Positions 38,571 to 50,198 of a DNA stretch of 64,000 nucleotides are shown here, piece after piece; positions within the stretch are counted from its first letter, which is position 1, and each line of letters starts with the position of its first letter. The translations under genes were made by a program, and so were the position numbers. A model generated the notes under the pieces. It saw only the letters and a program-made list of their open reading frames with translations, did no database searches and was not told the origin of the DNA. This DNA is from an uncultured Candidatus Rokubacteria bacterium (GTDB lineage Bacteria > Methylomirabilota > Methylomirabilia > Rokubacteriales > CSP1-6): positions 1,696,001-1,760,000 of the forward strand of contig CAVYTA010000006.1 of assembly GCA_963771355.1 (NCBI GenBank), in the 5' to 3' direction.

Positions 38571-38687
38571 CGCTATCGTTCCCGCGGTCGCCCGGTCCTC
38601 GCGCACGATCCCGGGGACCGCCGCGGGAGCAGCGGCGGAGCGGCCGCCGGCACGGGTCCCATGCGGCGGCGGCGTGCCGCCGGGCCG

Positions 38688-39071
38688 CTAGTACTCGAGG
38701 TCGCTCTTGGGCTGGATCTTCCCGGACAGGTGCTCGGCGGTGAGAATCCAGTCGCCGCCGCACCCTTCGTTGAATACCCACTTGGCGTGCTGATAGGCGC
38801 TGCCGAAGGTGACCAGGAGGACGCCGACGCTCGCGACGACGCCGGCCGTGCAGATGATGACCTTGCCGGGCACGTAGATGACGTTCATCATGCCCGCCGC
38901 CACCGCGTCGCCCCCCGTGGGCTCCACGGAGCCTGACGGCGGCTCGCTCAGAATCGAGCTCTGCGACTGCTGCATGGGACCCTGCGCGCCGGCGGTCCAG
39001 CTCGCGAACGGCCCGGCGAGGACCACGGTGAAGGCTACGAGCGCGCACAGCGAGCGGGGGAAGATCGTCAT
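38688..39071 (-). CDS. Hypothetical exported protein
   Basis: Signal-peptide-like N-terminus, SD GGAGG, two Cys (PGKVIIC..EGCGGDW). Confidence 0.7.
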   Translation of the reverse strand: MTIFPRSLCALVAFTVVLAGPFASWTAGAQGPMQQSQSSILSEPPSGSVEPTGGDAVAAGMMNVIYVPGKVIICTAGVVASVGVLLVTFGSAYQHAKWVFNEGCGGDWILTAEHLSGKIQPKSDLEY

Positions 39072-39318
39072 GAATTTGCCCTCCTGGAACTATGGTAGCA
39101 AAGCAAATGACGCTATCACAAGACATCCGGACGGCCCGGCGACGCCCACAGCCCCTAGAGGCGTGGCACGGATACCACACAGGATGCAGCCACCCCCCAA
39201 CCGCCCCCCCCAACCGCCCTCGAGGTGCGGACACCCCGCCCCGGTGCTAGAATCCCGGTCGGATGGCCCGCAACGGCCGCCTGAAGGACACACGCCTGAT
39301 CGATAAAGGAGCACGCCT

Positions 39319-40248
39319 ATGAAGATCGTCCGGTTCTCACAGAATGGGCACGCGCCCCGGCTAGGCTGCTTCGTGGACGGAGACCGCGTGATGGATCTCG
39401 CCGCCAGCGGGGCCGCCTATCTCGGCTCCCGCGGGGTCGTACGCGCGGAAGCCATCGCAGACGCGCACTTCCCGCAGAGTACGCGCGGATTCCTGGAGGG
39501 CGGCGCCGCCAGTCAGGACATGCTGGTGGCGATGCTCGATGCCTCCAAGGGCGGTAAGTTCGCCGCCATCACGCACCCCGCGGGCGCGGTGCGGCTGCAC
39601 GCCCCCATCAACGACCCCGGCAAGTTCATCTGCATCGGGCTCAATTACAAGGACCATGCCGCGGAGACCAACAACCCCGCCCCCAAGCAGCCACCGGTGT
39701 TCCCCAAGTGGGCCAACACCATCATCGATCCGGGCGAGCCCATCCTGCGGCCCCGGGGCGAGAAGACCCTGGACTGGGAGGTGGAGCTGGGGGTGGTGAT
39801 CGGACGCACCGCGCGCTTCGTCTCCCAGGACAAGGCGCTCGACTACGTCTACGGCTACACCATCGTCAACGACGCCAGCGCTCGGGACTTCCAGTTCCAC
39901 ACCACGCAATGGGGCGCGGGCAAGGTGGGCGACACCCTGGCGCCGGTGGGCCCATACATCGCCGACCGCGCGGAGATCCCGGATCCCCACGTCCTCGACC
40001 TCAAGACCTGGGTCAACGGCTCGCTGATGCAGAACGGGAACACCCGGAACTTCATCTTCGACGTGCGCTACGTGATCATGTACCTGACGAGCATCATGAC
40101 GCTGGCGCCGGGGGACCTCATCGCCACCGGCACCCCGGCCGGGGTGGGCTTCTCGCGCAAGCCGCAGGTCACGCTGCAACCCGGCGACACCGTGAAGCTG
40201 GAGATCACCGGCCTCGGCACGCTCGAGAATCCCGTCAAGGACGCGTAG
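39319..40248 (+). CDS. Fumarylacetoacetate hydrolase family protein
   Basis: GKFICIGLNYKDH, DWEVELGVVIG, GYTIVNDASARDFQ, PGDLIATGTPAGVG; SD AAGGAG. Confidence 0.93.
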   Translation: MKIVRFSQNGHAPRLGCFVDGDRVMDLAASGAAYLGSRGVVRAEAIADAHFPQSTRGFLEGGAASQDMLVAMLDASKGGKFAAITHPAGAVRLHAPINDPGKFICIGLNYKDHAAETNNPAPKQPPVFPKWANTIIDPGEPILRPRGEKTLDWEVELGVVIGRTARFVSQDKALDYVYGYTIVNDASARDFQFHTTQWGAGKVGDTLAPVGPYIADRAEIPDPHVLDLKTWVNGSLMQNGNTRNFIFDVRYVIMYLTSIMTLAPGDLIATGTPAGVGFSRKPQVTLQPGDTVKLEITGLGTLENPVKDA

Positions 40249-40258
40249 GAGGTCCGCC

Positions 40259-41170
40259 ATGGCGGTCAAGGCGCTCCTCCATTACGCCCTCGAGGTGCCG
40301 GATCAGTCCGTGGGCCAGCGCTACTACCGCGACTTCGGGCTCACCGAGACGGTCGGCGGCAATGTGGTACGGCTGCGGGCGCCGCGGCAGCAGCACGACA
40401 ACGTGCTGCTCTACGAGGGCCCGCGCAAGCGCCTCCATCACCTCTGTTTCGGCGCGCCGGGCGGCGCCTTCGCGGAGACCCGCGAGGCCATGCGGCGCGC
40501 CGGCGTGGCGGAGGTCACTCCCCCGCGCGGGGTCCCCGAGGGCGGGATCTGGCTCCGCGATCCAGACGACCACCTCGTCAATATCCGCGACGAGGCGGCT
40601 CCCGCCGAGCCGGTGGATCCGCCGCTCACCCTCAACGGGCCTGGCTACGCGGCGCGGGTGGCGGTGCGCGGAGCGCCGGAGCGGACCGCCGGGGTCGCGC
40701 CGCGGCGGCTCGGTCATGTGCTGCTGTTCACCCCCGACATGCCGCGCCAGATGGACTTCTACACGCGGGTGCTGGGGATGCGTCTCTCCGATCGCTCGGG
40801 CGACGTGATCTCCTTCCTCCGCTGCACCCCCGATCATCACAACCTGGCCTTCCTCACCTCTCACGCCCCCGGCTTTCATCATGGGTCCTTCCAGGTGGGG
40901 AGCGTGGACGAGATCGGAATGGGCGCGGGGCAGATGGTCGACCGCGGTTGGCAGCCCGGCTGGGGCTTCGGCCGTCACGTCATCGGCTCGAACTTCTTCT
41001 ACTACATCCGCGATCCGTGGGGGAGCTTCGCCGAGTACTTCTTCGACCTCGACGTGATCCCGGAGGACTGCGCGTGGGAGCCGCGGGACTGGCCGGGCGA
41101 GGATTCGCTGTACAGCTGGGGCCCGCCGGTGCCGCCCGATTTCGCCGAGAACAAGGAAGGGGCCGCGTGA
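40259..41170 (+). CDS. Two-domain VOC-family extradiol dioxygenase-like protein
   Basis: RRLGHVLLF, DHHNLAF, FHHGSF, GFGRHVIGSNFFYYIRDPWGSFAEY (His/His/Glu metal ligands). Confidence 0.85.
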   Translation: MAVKALLHYALEVPDQSVGQRYYRDFGLTETVGGNVVRLRAPRQQHDNVLLYEGPRKRLHHLCFGAPGGAFAETREAMRRAGVAEVTPPRGVPEGGIWLRDPDDHLVNIRDEAAPAEPVDPPLTLNGPGYAARVAVRGAPERTAGVAPRRLGHVLLFTPDMPRQMDFYTRVLGMRLSDRSGDVISFLRCTPDHHNLAFLTSHAPGFHHGSFQVGSVDEIGMGAGQMVDRGWQPGWGFGRHVIGSNFFYYIRDPWGSFAEYFFDLDVIPEDCAWEPRDWPGEDSLYSWGPPVPPDFAENKEGAA

Positions 41171-42375
41171 CCCTGGACCTCGACGCCCTCCACGCCCTCG
41201 TCATCCCGGGCACGAGCAAGATCGTCCTCTGCTCCCTCGACGGGCTCGGCGGCCTCCCCCGCCCCGAGACGGGAAAGAGCGAGCTCGAGACGGCCCGCAT
41301 CCCCAATCTCCACGCGCTCGCCGCGCGCTCCGCGTGCGGGCTCCTGCGCCACGTGGCGCCCGGGATCACGCCCGGCAGCGGGCCTGGTCATCTCGGGCTC
41401 TTCGGCTACGACCCGCTCCGCTACCCGGTGGGGCGCGGCGTGCTGGAAGCCCTCGGCATCGACTTCGAGCTGCGGGACGGCGACGTGGCCGCGCGGGGAA
41501 ACTTCTGCACGGTGGACGCGCAGGGGCGCATCACCGATCGCCGGGCGGGCCGCATCTCCACCGAGGTCTGCATCCGGCTCTGCGATCGCCTGCGGGGGAT
41601 CCGCGTGGAGGGAGTCGAGCTCCTCGTCGAGCCGGTGAAGGAGCACCGTTTCGTGCTGGTGCTCCGCGGCGCCGGACTTTCCGGCCGTCTCACCGAGACC
41701 GATCCCCAGGCCACCGGCGTCCCTCCCCTCCCCGTCGCCGCCACCGCGCCGGAGGCCACCCGCACCGCCAACCTCGTCAACCACTTCGTGGAGGCGGCGC
41801 GGCCGCTGCTCGCCGATGCGGCGCCCGCCAACATGATTCTCCTCCGCGGCTTCGACCAGCGCCCGGAGATGCCGCGCTTCCCCGAGCTCTTCGGACTCCG
41901 CGCCGCCGCCATCGCCGCCTATCCCATGTATCGCGGCCTGGCCCGGCTGGTGGGCATGGAGGTGCTGAAAACCGGCGGGAGCTTCGCCGAGGAGGTGGCC
42001 ACGCTCCACGAGCACTGGAGTGGCTACGATTTCTTCTTCCTCCATTACAAGGACACCGACAAGGCGGGGGAGGACGGCGACTTCGACGCCAAGGTGGCGG
42101 CGCTGGAGCGCTGGGACGCGCTGCTGCCGGAAATCCTCGCGCTCTCGCCCGACGTCCTCGTGGTCTCCGGCGATCACGCCACGCCCTCCATCCTGGCCGG
42201 GCATGGCTGGCAGCCGGTGCCCGCGCTCGTGGCGAGCGCCTACTGCGGCGGCGATCCCGTCACGCGCTTCACCGAGCGCGACTGCGCCGGCGGCACGCTG
42301 GGGCTCGTCCCCGCCCATGCCCTGATGCCGGTGGTGATGGCCAACGCGCTGCGCTTCACCAAGTACGGCGCCTGA
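41167..42375 (+). CDS. apgM: Cofactor-independent phosphoglycerate mutase, archaeal (ApgM) type
   Basis: LDGLGG, TPGSGPGHLGLFGYDP, GRGVLEALG, DRRAGRI, KDTDKAGEDG, GDHATP. GTGA overlap start. Confidence 0.88.
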   Translation: MTLDLDALHALVIPGTSKIVLCSLDGLGGLPRPETGKSELETARIPNLHALAARSACGLLRHVAPGITPGSGPGHLGLFGYDPLRYPVGRGVLEALGIDFELRDGDVAARGNFCTVDAQGRITDRRAGRISTEVCIRLCDRLRGIRVEGVELLVEPVKEHRFVLVLRGAGLSGRLTETDPQATGVPPLPVAATAPEATRTANLVNHFVEAARPLLADAAPANMILLRGFDQRPEMPRFPELFGLRAAAIAAYPMYRGLARLVGMEVLKTGGSFAEEVATLHEHWSGYDFFFLHYKDTDKAGEDGDFDAKVAALERWDALLPEILALSPDVLVVSGDHATPSILAGHGWQPVPALVASAYCGGDPVTRFTERDCAGGTLGLVPAHALMPVVMANALRFTKYGA

Positions 42376-42435
42376 GGCGGCACGCGCCTTCGGGGTTGCC
42401 GCCACCGGCGGCCCCCGGTATCATCGGTCCATCCG

Positions 42436-43898
42436 ATGGGCCTGCGGCTGCGTCTCTTCTTCGTCCTCATCGTCCCGCTGACCCTTCTGGTCGGTCTCTA
42501 CGCGGTGGTGCGCGTGCGCGATGAAGAGGCCCAGCTCCTCGCCGCCGAACAGCGCAATGCCTCGGTGGCGGCGCGCGCCATCCAGATCGCGGTGGAAAAC
42601 GCGGTGCGCGACCGGCAGCTGGCCGACATCCGGCGCCTGCTCTCCGAGCTCGTCAACCGCCAGGAGCAGATCGACCGCATCCGCATCTTCGACAAGTCCC
42701 TCGCCCCCACGCTCGGGTCGGAGCCGGGCGCGGTGGGCGGCCCGGTGGCGGCGGAGCGCATCCAGCGCGTGATCACGCAGGGACGCGCGGAGGTGGTAGC
42801 GGAGGAGGGCGGCAGCGGCGACACCTTTTCCTACCTGATGCCGCTGCGGGGGCACAAGGGCGAGATGGTGGGCGCCATCGAGATCCTCTTCACCTCGCCG
42901 GGGGCGAAGGAGAAGCGCGAGCGCGCCACCCGTGACGTCATCATCCGGCTGGGTCTCCTCGCGCTGGGGCTGGCGGGGCTCACCGCCCTGGTGCTCTCGC
43001 GCCAGGTCCTGCGGCCGCTGTCGCGCCTCACGCGCTCGATCCGCGCCCTCGGCGAGGGAGCGCCGGGGCCGCCCCTGCCGGTGCAGCGGCGCGACGAGCT
43101 GGGCGAGGTGGCGGAGGCATTCAACCGCATGGCCGAGCAGCTCGACGGCGCGGGCCAGCGCCTGCTCCTCGAGAGCGACCGCGCGCTCGAGCTCGAGCAC
43201 CAGCTCCGCCGCGCCGAGACGCTGGCGGTGGCGGGCAAGCTCACCTCCGGCATCGCGCACGAAGTGGGCACCCCGTTGAACATCATCTCGGGGCGCGCGG
43301 AGATACTCCTCAAGAGTCTCCCCGCCGATCATCCGGGTCGGCCGGACCTCGAGGTGATCGTGGGCCAGATCGACCGGATCTCCAACATCATCCGGTCGCT
43401 GCTCGACACCGTGCGCCAGCAGAAGCCGGAGATCCAGTCGGTGCCCATCCCGCCGCTGCTGCAGCGTCTGGTTCCGCTCCTCGACCACCTGGCGCGCCGG
43501 CGCGGCGTCACCATCGCCGCCAAGGCGGGGGAGCCCCTGCCCGATGTGGCCGCCGATCCCAATCAGGTGCAGCAGGTGCTCATCAATCTCCTGATGAATG
43601 CGCTCGAGGCCACGCCGCGGGGTGGCCGCATCTCGGTGGAGGCGTGGGCGTGTCCCAACGACGGCCGGCCCGGCGTGGCGGTGGCGGTGAGCGACACCGG
43701 CTCGGGCATTCCCAGCGAAGTGTTGCCCCGGGTCTTCGAGCCGTTCTTCACCACCAAGCCGCAGGGCCAGGGCACCGGGCTGGGCCTCTCCATCTGCCGG
43801 GACATCCTTCGTGAGCACGGAGGCACGCTCGCGGTGCAGAGCCGGAGCGGTCAGGGCGCCACCTTCACCGCCTGGATGCCGGTACACGAGGCGGCGGG

Positions 43899-43902
<4 letters not shown>
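42436..43902 (+). CDS. Membrane sensor histidine kinase with a HAMP domain
   Basis: Two TM segments, RRDELGEVAEAFNRM, IAHEVGTPLN, QVLINLLMNA, DTGSGI, FFTTK, GTGLGL. Confidence 0.95.
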
Positions 43903-45223
<1,321 letters not shown>

Positions 45224-45227
<4 letters not shown>

Positions 45228-46429
45228 CGCACCGCTTCGATGGCCCGCCGCAGCCCGTCGAGCATCCGGTCGATCTCCTCGCGGGTGACGTTGAGCGCGG
45301 GCATGAACCGGATGACGTCAGGCCGCGGGGCGTTGAGCAAGAGGCCCTGATTCTCCCAGCCGGAGTGCTTCTCCAGCGTGTCCCGCGCATAGGCCACCAC
45401 CGCCGGGGCGATCTCGACGCCGAGATCCAGCGCCCGCAGGAGACCCCATCCCCGCTCGTGCGAGAGCCCGAGCCGATCGACCATCGTCGTCAGGCGAGCA
45501 GCCAGGTACTGTCCCGACTCCGCCACCCCCTCCAGGAAGCCCGGGGCCAGGATCTGCTCCAGCACCGCGGCCCCCACCGCCGTCATGAGGGGACTGCCGT
45601 TGAAGGTGCCGCCCTGCTCGCCGTGCTCGAACACCGACGCCGCCTCGGTGGCGCAGAGCGCGGCGAGCGGGACGCCCGCGCCCAGGCCCTTGCCGAGGGT
45701 CATGATGTCCGGCGCCTCGTCCGCGCTGCGCGCGAAGTGCTGGTACGCGAATAGACGGCCGGTGCGGCCGATGCCGGTCTGCACTTCGTCCACGATGAGC
45801 AGACAGCGGTGCCGCCGGGTCAGCGTCCGTAGCGCCCGGAGGAACTCGACGGTGGCCGGCACCACGCCGCTCTCGCCCTGCACCGGCTCCAGCATCACCG
45901 CCGCGGTCCGCTCGCCGATCAACGCCTCCACCGAGGCAAGGTCGTTCAGCGTGGCCTTGGGAAAGCCGGGCACCTGCGGCGCGAACATGGTGTCCCAGCC
46001 GGGCTTGCCGCTCGCGGACATGGTGGCGAGGGTGCGCCCGTGAAAGCCGTGGTCGAAGGTGATGATTTCGTAGGCACCGCCCTTGAAGCGCCGGCCCCAC
46101 TTGCGGGCCAGCTTGATGGCGCCCTCGTTGGCCTCCGCCCCCGAATTGGTGAAGAAGCACCGCCGAAAGTCGGAGTGCTCGGCGAGCAGGCGCGCCAGCT
46201 TCAGCGACGGCTCGTTGTAGAAGGCGGGGCTCGGCGTGATGAGCGTCCGGGACTGCACGGCCAGCGCCTCCACCACCGCGGGCGGGCAATGCCCCAGGCA
46301 GTTGACCGCCCAGCCCTGGACAAAGTCGAGGTAGCGCTTGCCGGCATGATCGGTGAGCCAGGACCCGCGGCCCTCGACGAAGACGATCTCCGGCCGCTCG
46401 GTGATCTCCATCAGGGGTCCGAAGTCCAT
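45224..46429 (-). CDS. argD: Acetylornithine aminotransferase
   Basis: [45 protein letters not shown]. Directly downstream of argR. Confidence 0.92.
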
Positions 46430-46926
46430 CACGCCTCCTTCCGGAGCGCCGGCCGTGCCAGTGCCGCGGTGAGCCGGCGGGCCAGGGCGCGGGCGGCCCG
46501 TTCACTGGGGGTGGCAATGAAGACCGTGTCGTCGCCGGCGAGAGCTCCCACCGACTCCGGCAGTGCCGCCTCGTCGAGCGCGCGGGCCACCGGCGCGGCC
46601 GCCGCCGCCGGCGTCTTGAGCACCACCAGGGTGCTCGCCGCCCGTACGGAGAGCACGAAGCCCCTGAGCGTGCGGCCGAGCCGCGCCTCGCGCCGGGGCC
46701 CGGGCACGAAGCGCGTCGCCGCGGCCTCCGCCGCCACGTAGCCCCGCGGCGTCTTGGCCAGGCCCAGATCGCGCAAGTCGCGCGAAAGCGTGGGCTGGGC
46801 CACGGTGAGGCCACGCCGGCGCAGGAGGCGCTGGAGCTGGGTCTGGGAGCGGACGGGGACGGCGCGGATCAAGCCCAGGATGGTCTGGTGACGGCGCAGG
46901 GGTCGAGGGTCTGAATGTTCATTCAT
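46429..46926 (-). CDS. argR: Arginine repressor
   Basis: [39 protein letters not shown]. Confidence 0.92.
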   Translation of the reverse strand: MNEHSDPRPLRRHQTILGLIRAVPVRSQTQLQRLLRRRGLTVAQPTLSRDLRDLGLAKTPRGYVAAEAAATRFVPGPRREARLGRTLRGFVLSVRAASTLVVLKTPAAAAAPVARALDEAALPESVGALAGDDTVFIATPSERAARALARRLTAALARPALRKEA

Positions 46927-46947
46927 AGGAATGCATAATCATGCATC
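46910..46947. promoter_or_regulatory. Tandem ARG boxes over the argR promoter and start codon
   Basis: TGAATgttcATTCA (46912-46925) and TGCATaatcATGCA (46932-46945); -35 TTGACG at 46963-46958. Confidence 0.85.
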
Positions 46948-47043
46948 CCGGCCGCCGCGTCAAGCCCTCCACGAAATTCCTCCAAACGGAGGGAGAAACT
47001 GCGAGATCGTGGATCCGTCCGGGGGTGTATCCTAACGAAACGC

Positions 47044-48276
47044 ATGGCACGTCTCCCGCGCCTGCTCACCGCCGGCGGCTTCGCTGCCCTCATTGTCCTC
47101 GGCTGGGCGACCGCGCCCATCGACCCGGGCCCGCCCCTGGCCATGCGTGCACCGGAAGACGTGACGCCCGCGGTGACCGCCGCCGAGGAAACGCTCCTCC
47201 GCCCCCGCGAGACGCTGGAGGCGGCCCTGGTCCGGAGCGGGTTCGCCCGGACGGAGGCGGGCGAGGTCATCGGCCTCCTGCGTGGCACGGTGGACATGCG
47301 CCGCCTCCGCCCCGGCGAGCGTCTCAGCGTCTCGCGCGGCCCCGACGACGTCCCCGTGGCGGCCATCTACTGGCGCTCGCCGGTCGAGCGCTACGAGCTC
47401 ACCCGCGGGGAGGCCGGTTGGGCGCTCCGCGCGGTACGGGTGCCGGTGGACACGCGCATCGTGGCCGTCGCGGGCCGCCTGACGGACTCGCTGTTCGCCA
47501 GCATGGAGCGAATCGGCGAAGGACCCGCGCTCACCGCCGCCGTGGTCGGTCTCTTCGAGTGGGACTTCGACTTCGCCGCCGACTCGCTGCCCGGCGACCA
47601 CTTCCGGCTCCTGGTGGAGAAGCGGTACGCCGAGGGTGACTTCCTCGGCTACGGCGAGATTCTCGTCGCCCAGTACCGCTCCAGCGGCCGCGGGCGGCTG
47701 ACCGGCGTCGGGTTCGCCGATGGCGACGGCCGCACGGCCTACTACGACGCCTCGGGCCGGTCGGTGCGGAAGATGTTCCTGCGGGCGCCGCTGGACTTCA
47801 CCCGCATCACCTCCGGCTTCTCCCACGCGCGGCTGCATCCCGTACTCGGCGGCACGCGCCCGCACCTCGCCATCGACTACGGGGCCCCGACGGGCACGCC
47901 GGTGCGGGCGGTGGGGGACGGCACCGTCCTGATGGCCGGCTGGCAGGGGGGCAACGGCATCAGCGTGACGGTGCGCCACGCCCGCGGCTACGAGACCATG
48001 TACAACCACCTGTCGGCGGCGCTGGTCCGTGCCGGCGAGCGCGTGCGCCAGCGCCAGGTGATCGGTCGCGTGGGCGCCACCGGGCTCGCCACCGGCCCGC
48101 ACCTCGACTACCGCGTGAAGAAGGACGGTCGCTGGGTCAATCCGCTGGGCGAGAAGTTCATCCCGGGCGAGCCGGTATCCGCGCGTCGACGCGGCGCTTT
48201 CGACCGCCACCTGCAGACGCTCCTCGAGCACCTCGAGCGCGAAGCTCCGCTCGCGGCCGACGGGGCCCGGTCCTGA
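47044..48276 (+). CDS. M23-family peptidoglycan endopeptidase (MepM-like)
   Basis: FLRAPL..RITSGF, HLAIDYGAPTGTPV, YNHLS, TGLATGPHLDYR. Confidence 0.92.
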   Translation: MARLPRLLTAGGFAALIVLGWATAPIDPGPPLAMRAPEDVTPAVTAAEETLLRPRETLEAALVRSGFARTEAGEVIGLLRGTVDMRRLRPGERLSVSRGPDDVPVAAIYWRSPVERYELTRGEAGWALRAVRVPVDTRIVAVAGRLTDSLFASMERIGEGPALTAAVVGLFEWDFDFAADSLPGDHFRLLVEKRYAEGDFLGYGEILVAQYRSSGRGRLTGVGFADGDGRTAYYDASGRSVRKMFLRAPLDFTRITSGFSHARLHPVLGGTRPHLAIDYGAPTGTPVRAVGDGTVLMAGWQGGNGISVTVRHARGYETMYNHLSAALVRAGERVRQRQVIGRVGATGLATGPHLDYRVKKDGRWVNPLGEKFIPGEPVSARRRGAFDRHLQTLLEHLEREAPLAADGARS

Positions 48277-48293
48277 CTTCGCGCTGAGGCCGC

Positions 48294-48328
48294 CGCGACA
48301 AGTTGTCGCGTCAGCGACAGCTTGTCCG
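48294..48328. promoter_or_regulatory. Tandem enhancer (activator-binding) sites
   Basis: CGCGACA-agt-TGTCGCG and GCGACA-gct-TGTCCG, about 100-130 bp upstream of a sigma54 promoter. Confidence 0.72.
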
Positions 48329-48424
48329 GTAAGTCCTACCTAGGGGTCGTCACTACCCGCTGACATGGCGATTCTAAGTATCCGTCGTTGTGGATCTTTC
48401 GTTGGGGACTGAACTCCAAAGCGC

Positions 48425-48440
48425 TGGCGCGAGCATTGCA
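48425..48440 (+). promoter_or_regulatory. Sigma54 (-24/-12) promoter
   Basis: TGGCGCGAGCATTGCA, with exact GG-N10-GC spacing. Confidence 0.8.
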
Positions 48441-48531
48441 GCCCCTTTTCCGCCATGCGAGATGGTAAGGGTACGAGCGTGCGCGCCACCCATCCCTTCC
48501 ACCTCACCGGCTGTCCACACCTCACCGCGTG

Positions 48532-48969
48532 ATGGCCACCGCAACCGCGGAGCGCGACCTGCCGCGCGGAGCCCCTTCGGCACGCACCATCATGGTGGTG
48601 GAGGACGATCCCGGCATGCGCGCGGTGCTGCGCGATGTGCTCACCGACGCGGGCTTCCAGGTGCACGAGGAGCCCGGACCCGAGCGGGTACCCGCCGCGG
48701 TGGAGCGCATCCGGCCTCGGGCCATCGTCCTCGACCGGGAGATGCCGGGGGGCAACGGGACCGAGTTGCTCGCCACCCTGGGGCGCCGGTATCCCGGCAT
48801 CCCCGTACTCGTCATCACCGCCTTCGGGGGCGCAGCGGTGCGCGCGGAGGTGATCCGTGCCGGTGCCGCCGGCTATCTGGAGAAGCCGTTCCGCATGGCC
48901 ATGCTGCTGGACACGCTGCACGCGATCACCGGACCACGCGCGGCGGCGTTAGGAGCTTCTGATGCCTGA
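48532..48969 (+). CDS. Single-domain response regulator (receiver only)
   Basis: IMVVEDD, IVLDREMPGGNG, VITAF, YLEKPF. Confidence 0.88.
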   Translation: MATATAERDLPRGAPSARTIMVVEDDPGMRAVLRDVLTDAGFQVHEEPGPERVPAAVERIRPRAIVLDREMPGGNGTELLATLGRRYPGIPVLVITAFGGAAVRAEVIRAGAAGYLEKPFRMAMLLDTLHAITGPRAAALGASDA

Positions 48970-49231
48970 TCTCGCGCGTTTGCCTAGTCCCTCGCCCCCG
49001 CTAGGCGCTCCGGCGAGTCTGGCTCACCGAGGAGGAAGAGGGGGGCTCAATCCCTATGATTTGGATGGCACCGCGGAGCGGCTCGGCGCCGCCATCGCGA
49101 TGCCGGAGCCGCAGCGGCGAGGGCGCATGACGCGCCTTCGCGAGCGCGTGCTCGGGTGGAATATCTATCGCTGGGTGGGCGAGGTGCTCGGCACCGTGCT
49201 GCGCCTGCCCGATCCGGAGGTGATCTCATGA
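48962..49231 (+). pseudogene. otsA: C-terminal remnant of trehalose-6-phosphate synthase
   Basis: LNPYDLDGTAERLGAAIAMPEPQRRGRMTRLRERVLGWNIYRW (from 49046) resembles the last ~60 aa of OtsA. Its stop overlaps the otsB start. Confidence 0.7.
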
Positions 49232-50103
49232 GAGCTCCGTCGTCCCCCGCCCTGCTCGCCACGGAAGTCCGGGAGGCCGCGCGGGAGCGCGGCGCCCTCC
49301 TCATCATGGCCGATTTCGACGGCACCCTCGCGCCCATCGCGGACACGCCGGGCGAGGCGCGCCTGGCCCCGACCGCCCGCAAGGTCCTCGCGCGGCTGGC
49401 CACCGCGCCGGGCGTCGGCCTCGCGGTGATCTCCGGACGCGATCTCACCGACATCAAGACCCGGACGGATCTGCCCGACATCATCCATGCCGGCTGTCAC
49501 GGCCTCGTCATCGAGGGACCGTCGATGGGCTTCACCCATCTGCAGGCGGCGGAATGCCGCCAGATCCTCAAGGGCCTCGCCACCGACCTCACCGAGCGAC
49601 TGAGCGGGCTCCGGGGGGTGGAGGTCGAGCCCAAGGAGTTCGGCGTCGCCGTTCACTATCGCCGCGCGTATCCCTCGGATCTCGCCGAGGTCTTCTTCCA
49701 GGTGGAGGAGGCCCGCGAGGCGCATGCTCCGCACCTCACCACCCGTCCGGGCAAGAAGGTGCTCGAGCTGGTGCCGAACGTGCCCTGGAACAAGGGTGAG
49801 TGCGCGCTGTGGATCCGCGATCGCTGGGCGCGCACGCAGTCCCTCGATCCCGCCGTGGTCTATCTCGGCGACGACGAGACCGACGAGAGCGCGTTCCAGG
49901 CTCTCCGCGGCAAGGCCCTCACCGTTCGCGTCGGCTCCGGGCATCGCGGCAGCCGGGCCGCGCGGTGGGTCACCGACGTGTCTGCCGTCCATCGCTTCCT
50001 CGCCGCCCTGGCCCCGCCGGAGACAGCGGAGGGCGAGGGGCGGGAGACGCCGCGCGCCGCCACCGGCGAAGCCCCGCGGGTTGCCGGCCCGGAGTCTGCC
50101 TGA
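49228..50103 (+). CDS. otsB: Trehalose-6-phosphate phosphatase
   Basis: ADFDGTLAPI, VISGR, AGCHG, VHYR, GKKVLEL, KGE, YLGDDETDESAF. Confidence 0.92.
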   Translation: MRAPSSPALLATEVREAARERGALLIMADFDGTLAPIADTPGEARLAPTARKVLARLATAPGVGLAVISGRDLTDIKTRTDLPDIIHAGCHGLVIEGPSMGFTHLQAAECRQILKGLATDLTERLSGLRGVEVEPKEFGVAVHYRRAYPSDLAEVFFQVEEAREAHAPHLTTRPGKKVLELVPNVPWNKGECALWIRDRWARTQSLDPAVVYLGDDETDESAFQALRGKALTVRVGSGHRGSRAARWVTDVSAVHRFLAALAPPETAEGEGRETPRAATGEAPRVAGPESA

Positions 50104-50198
50104 CGCCGGACCTCATCACGACGCGCGCTCGCGACCGGCTGGTCACCACGGTGGAGAAGGACAACAGCCAGCCTCGCCGCCGGTGAGATACTGGCGGG

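Noticed and set aside
39190..39222. Direct repeat CCCCCAACCGCCC x2, possible G-quadruplex on the minus strand
   Set aside because: Only two units in a low-complexity intergenic tract, with no supporting context.
36430..39234. 934-aa minus-strand ORF
   Set aside because: Spans several real genes in antisense or alternate frames and has shadow-ORF composition.
50104..50186. Peptide ITTRARDRLVTT resembling SF1 helicase motif VI
   Set aside because: About 10 residues with no start codon or other helicase motifs, so probably chance.
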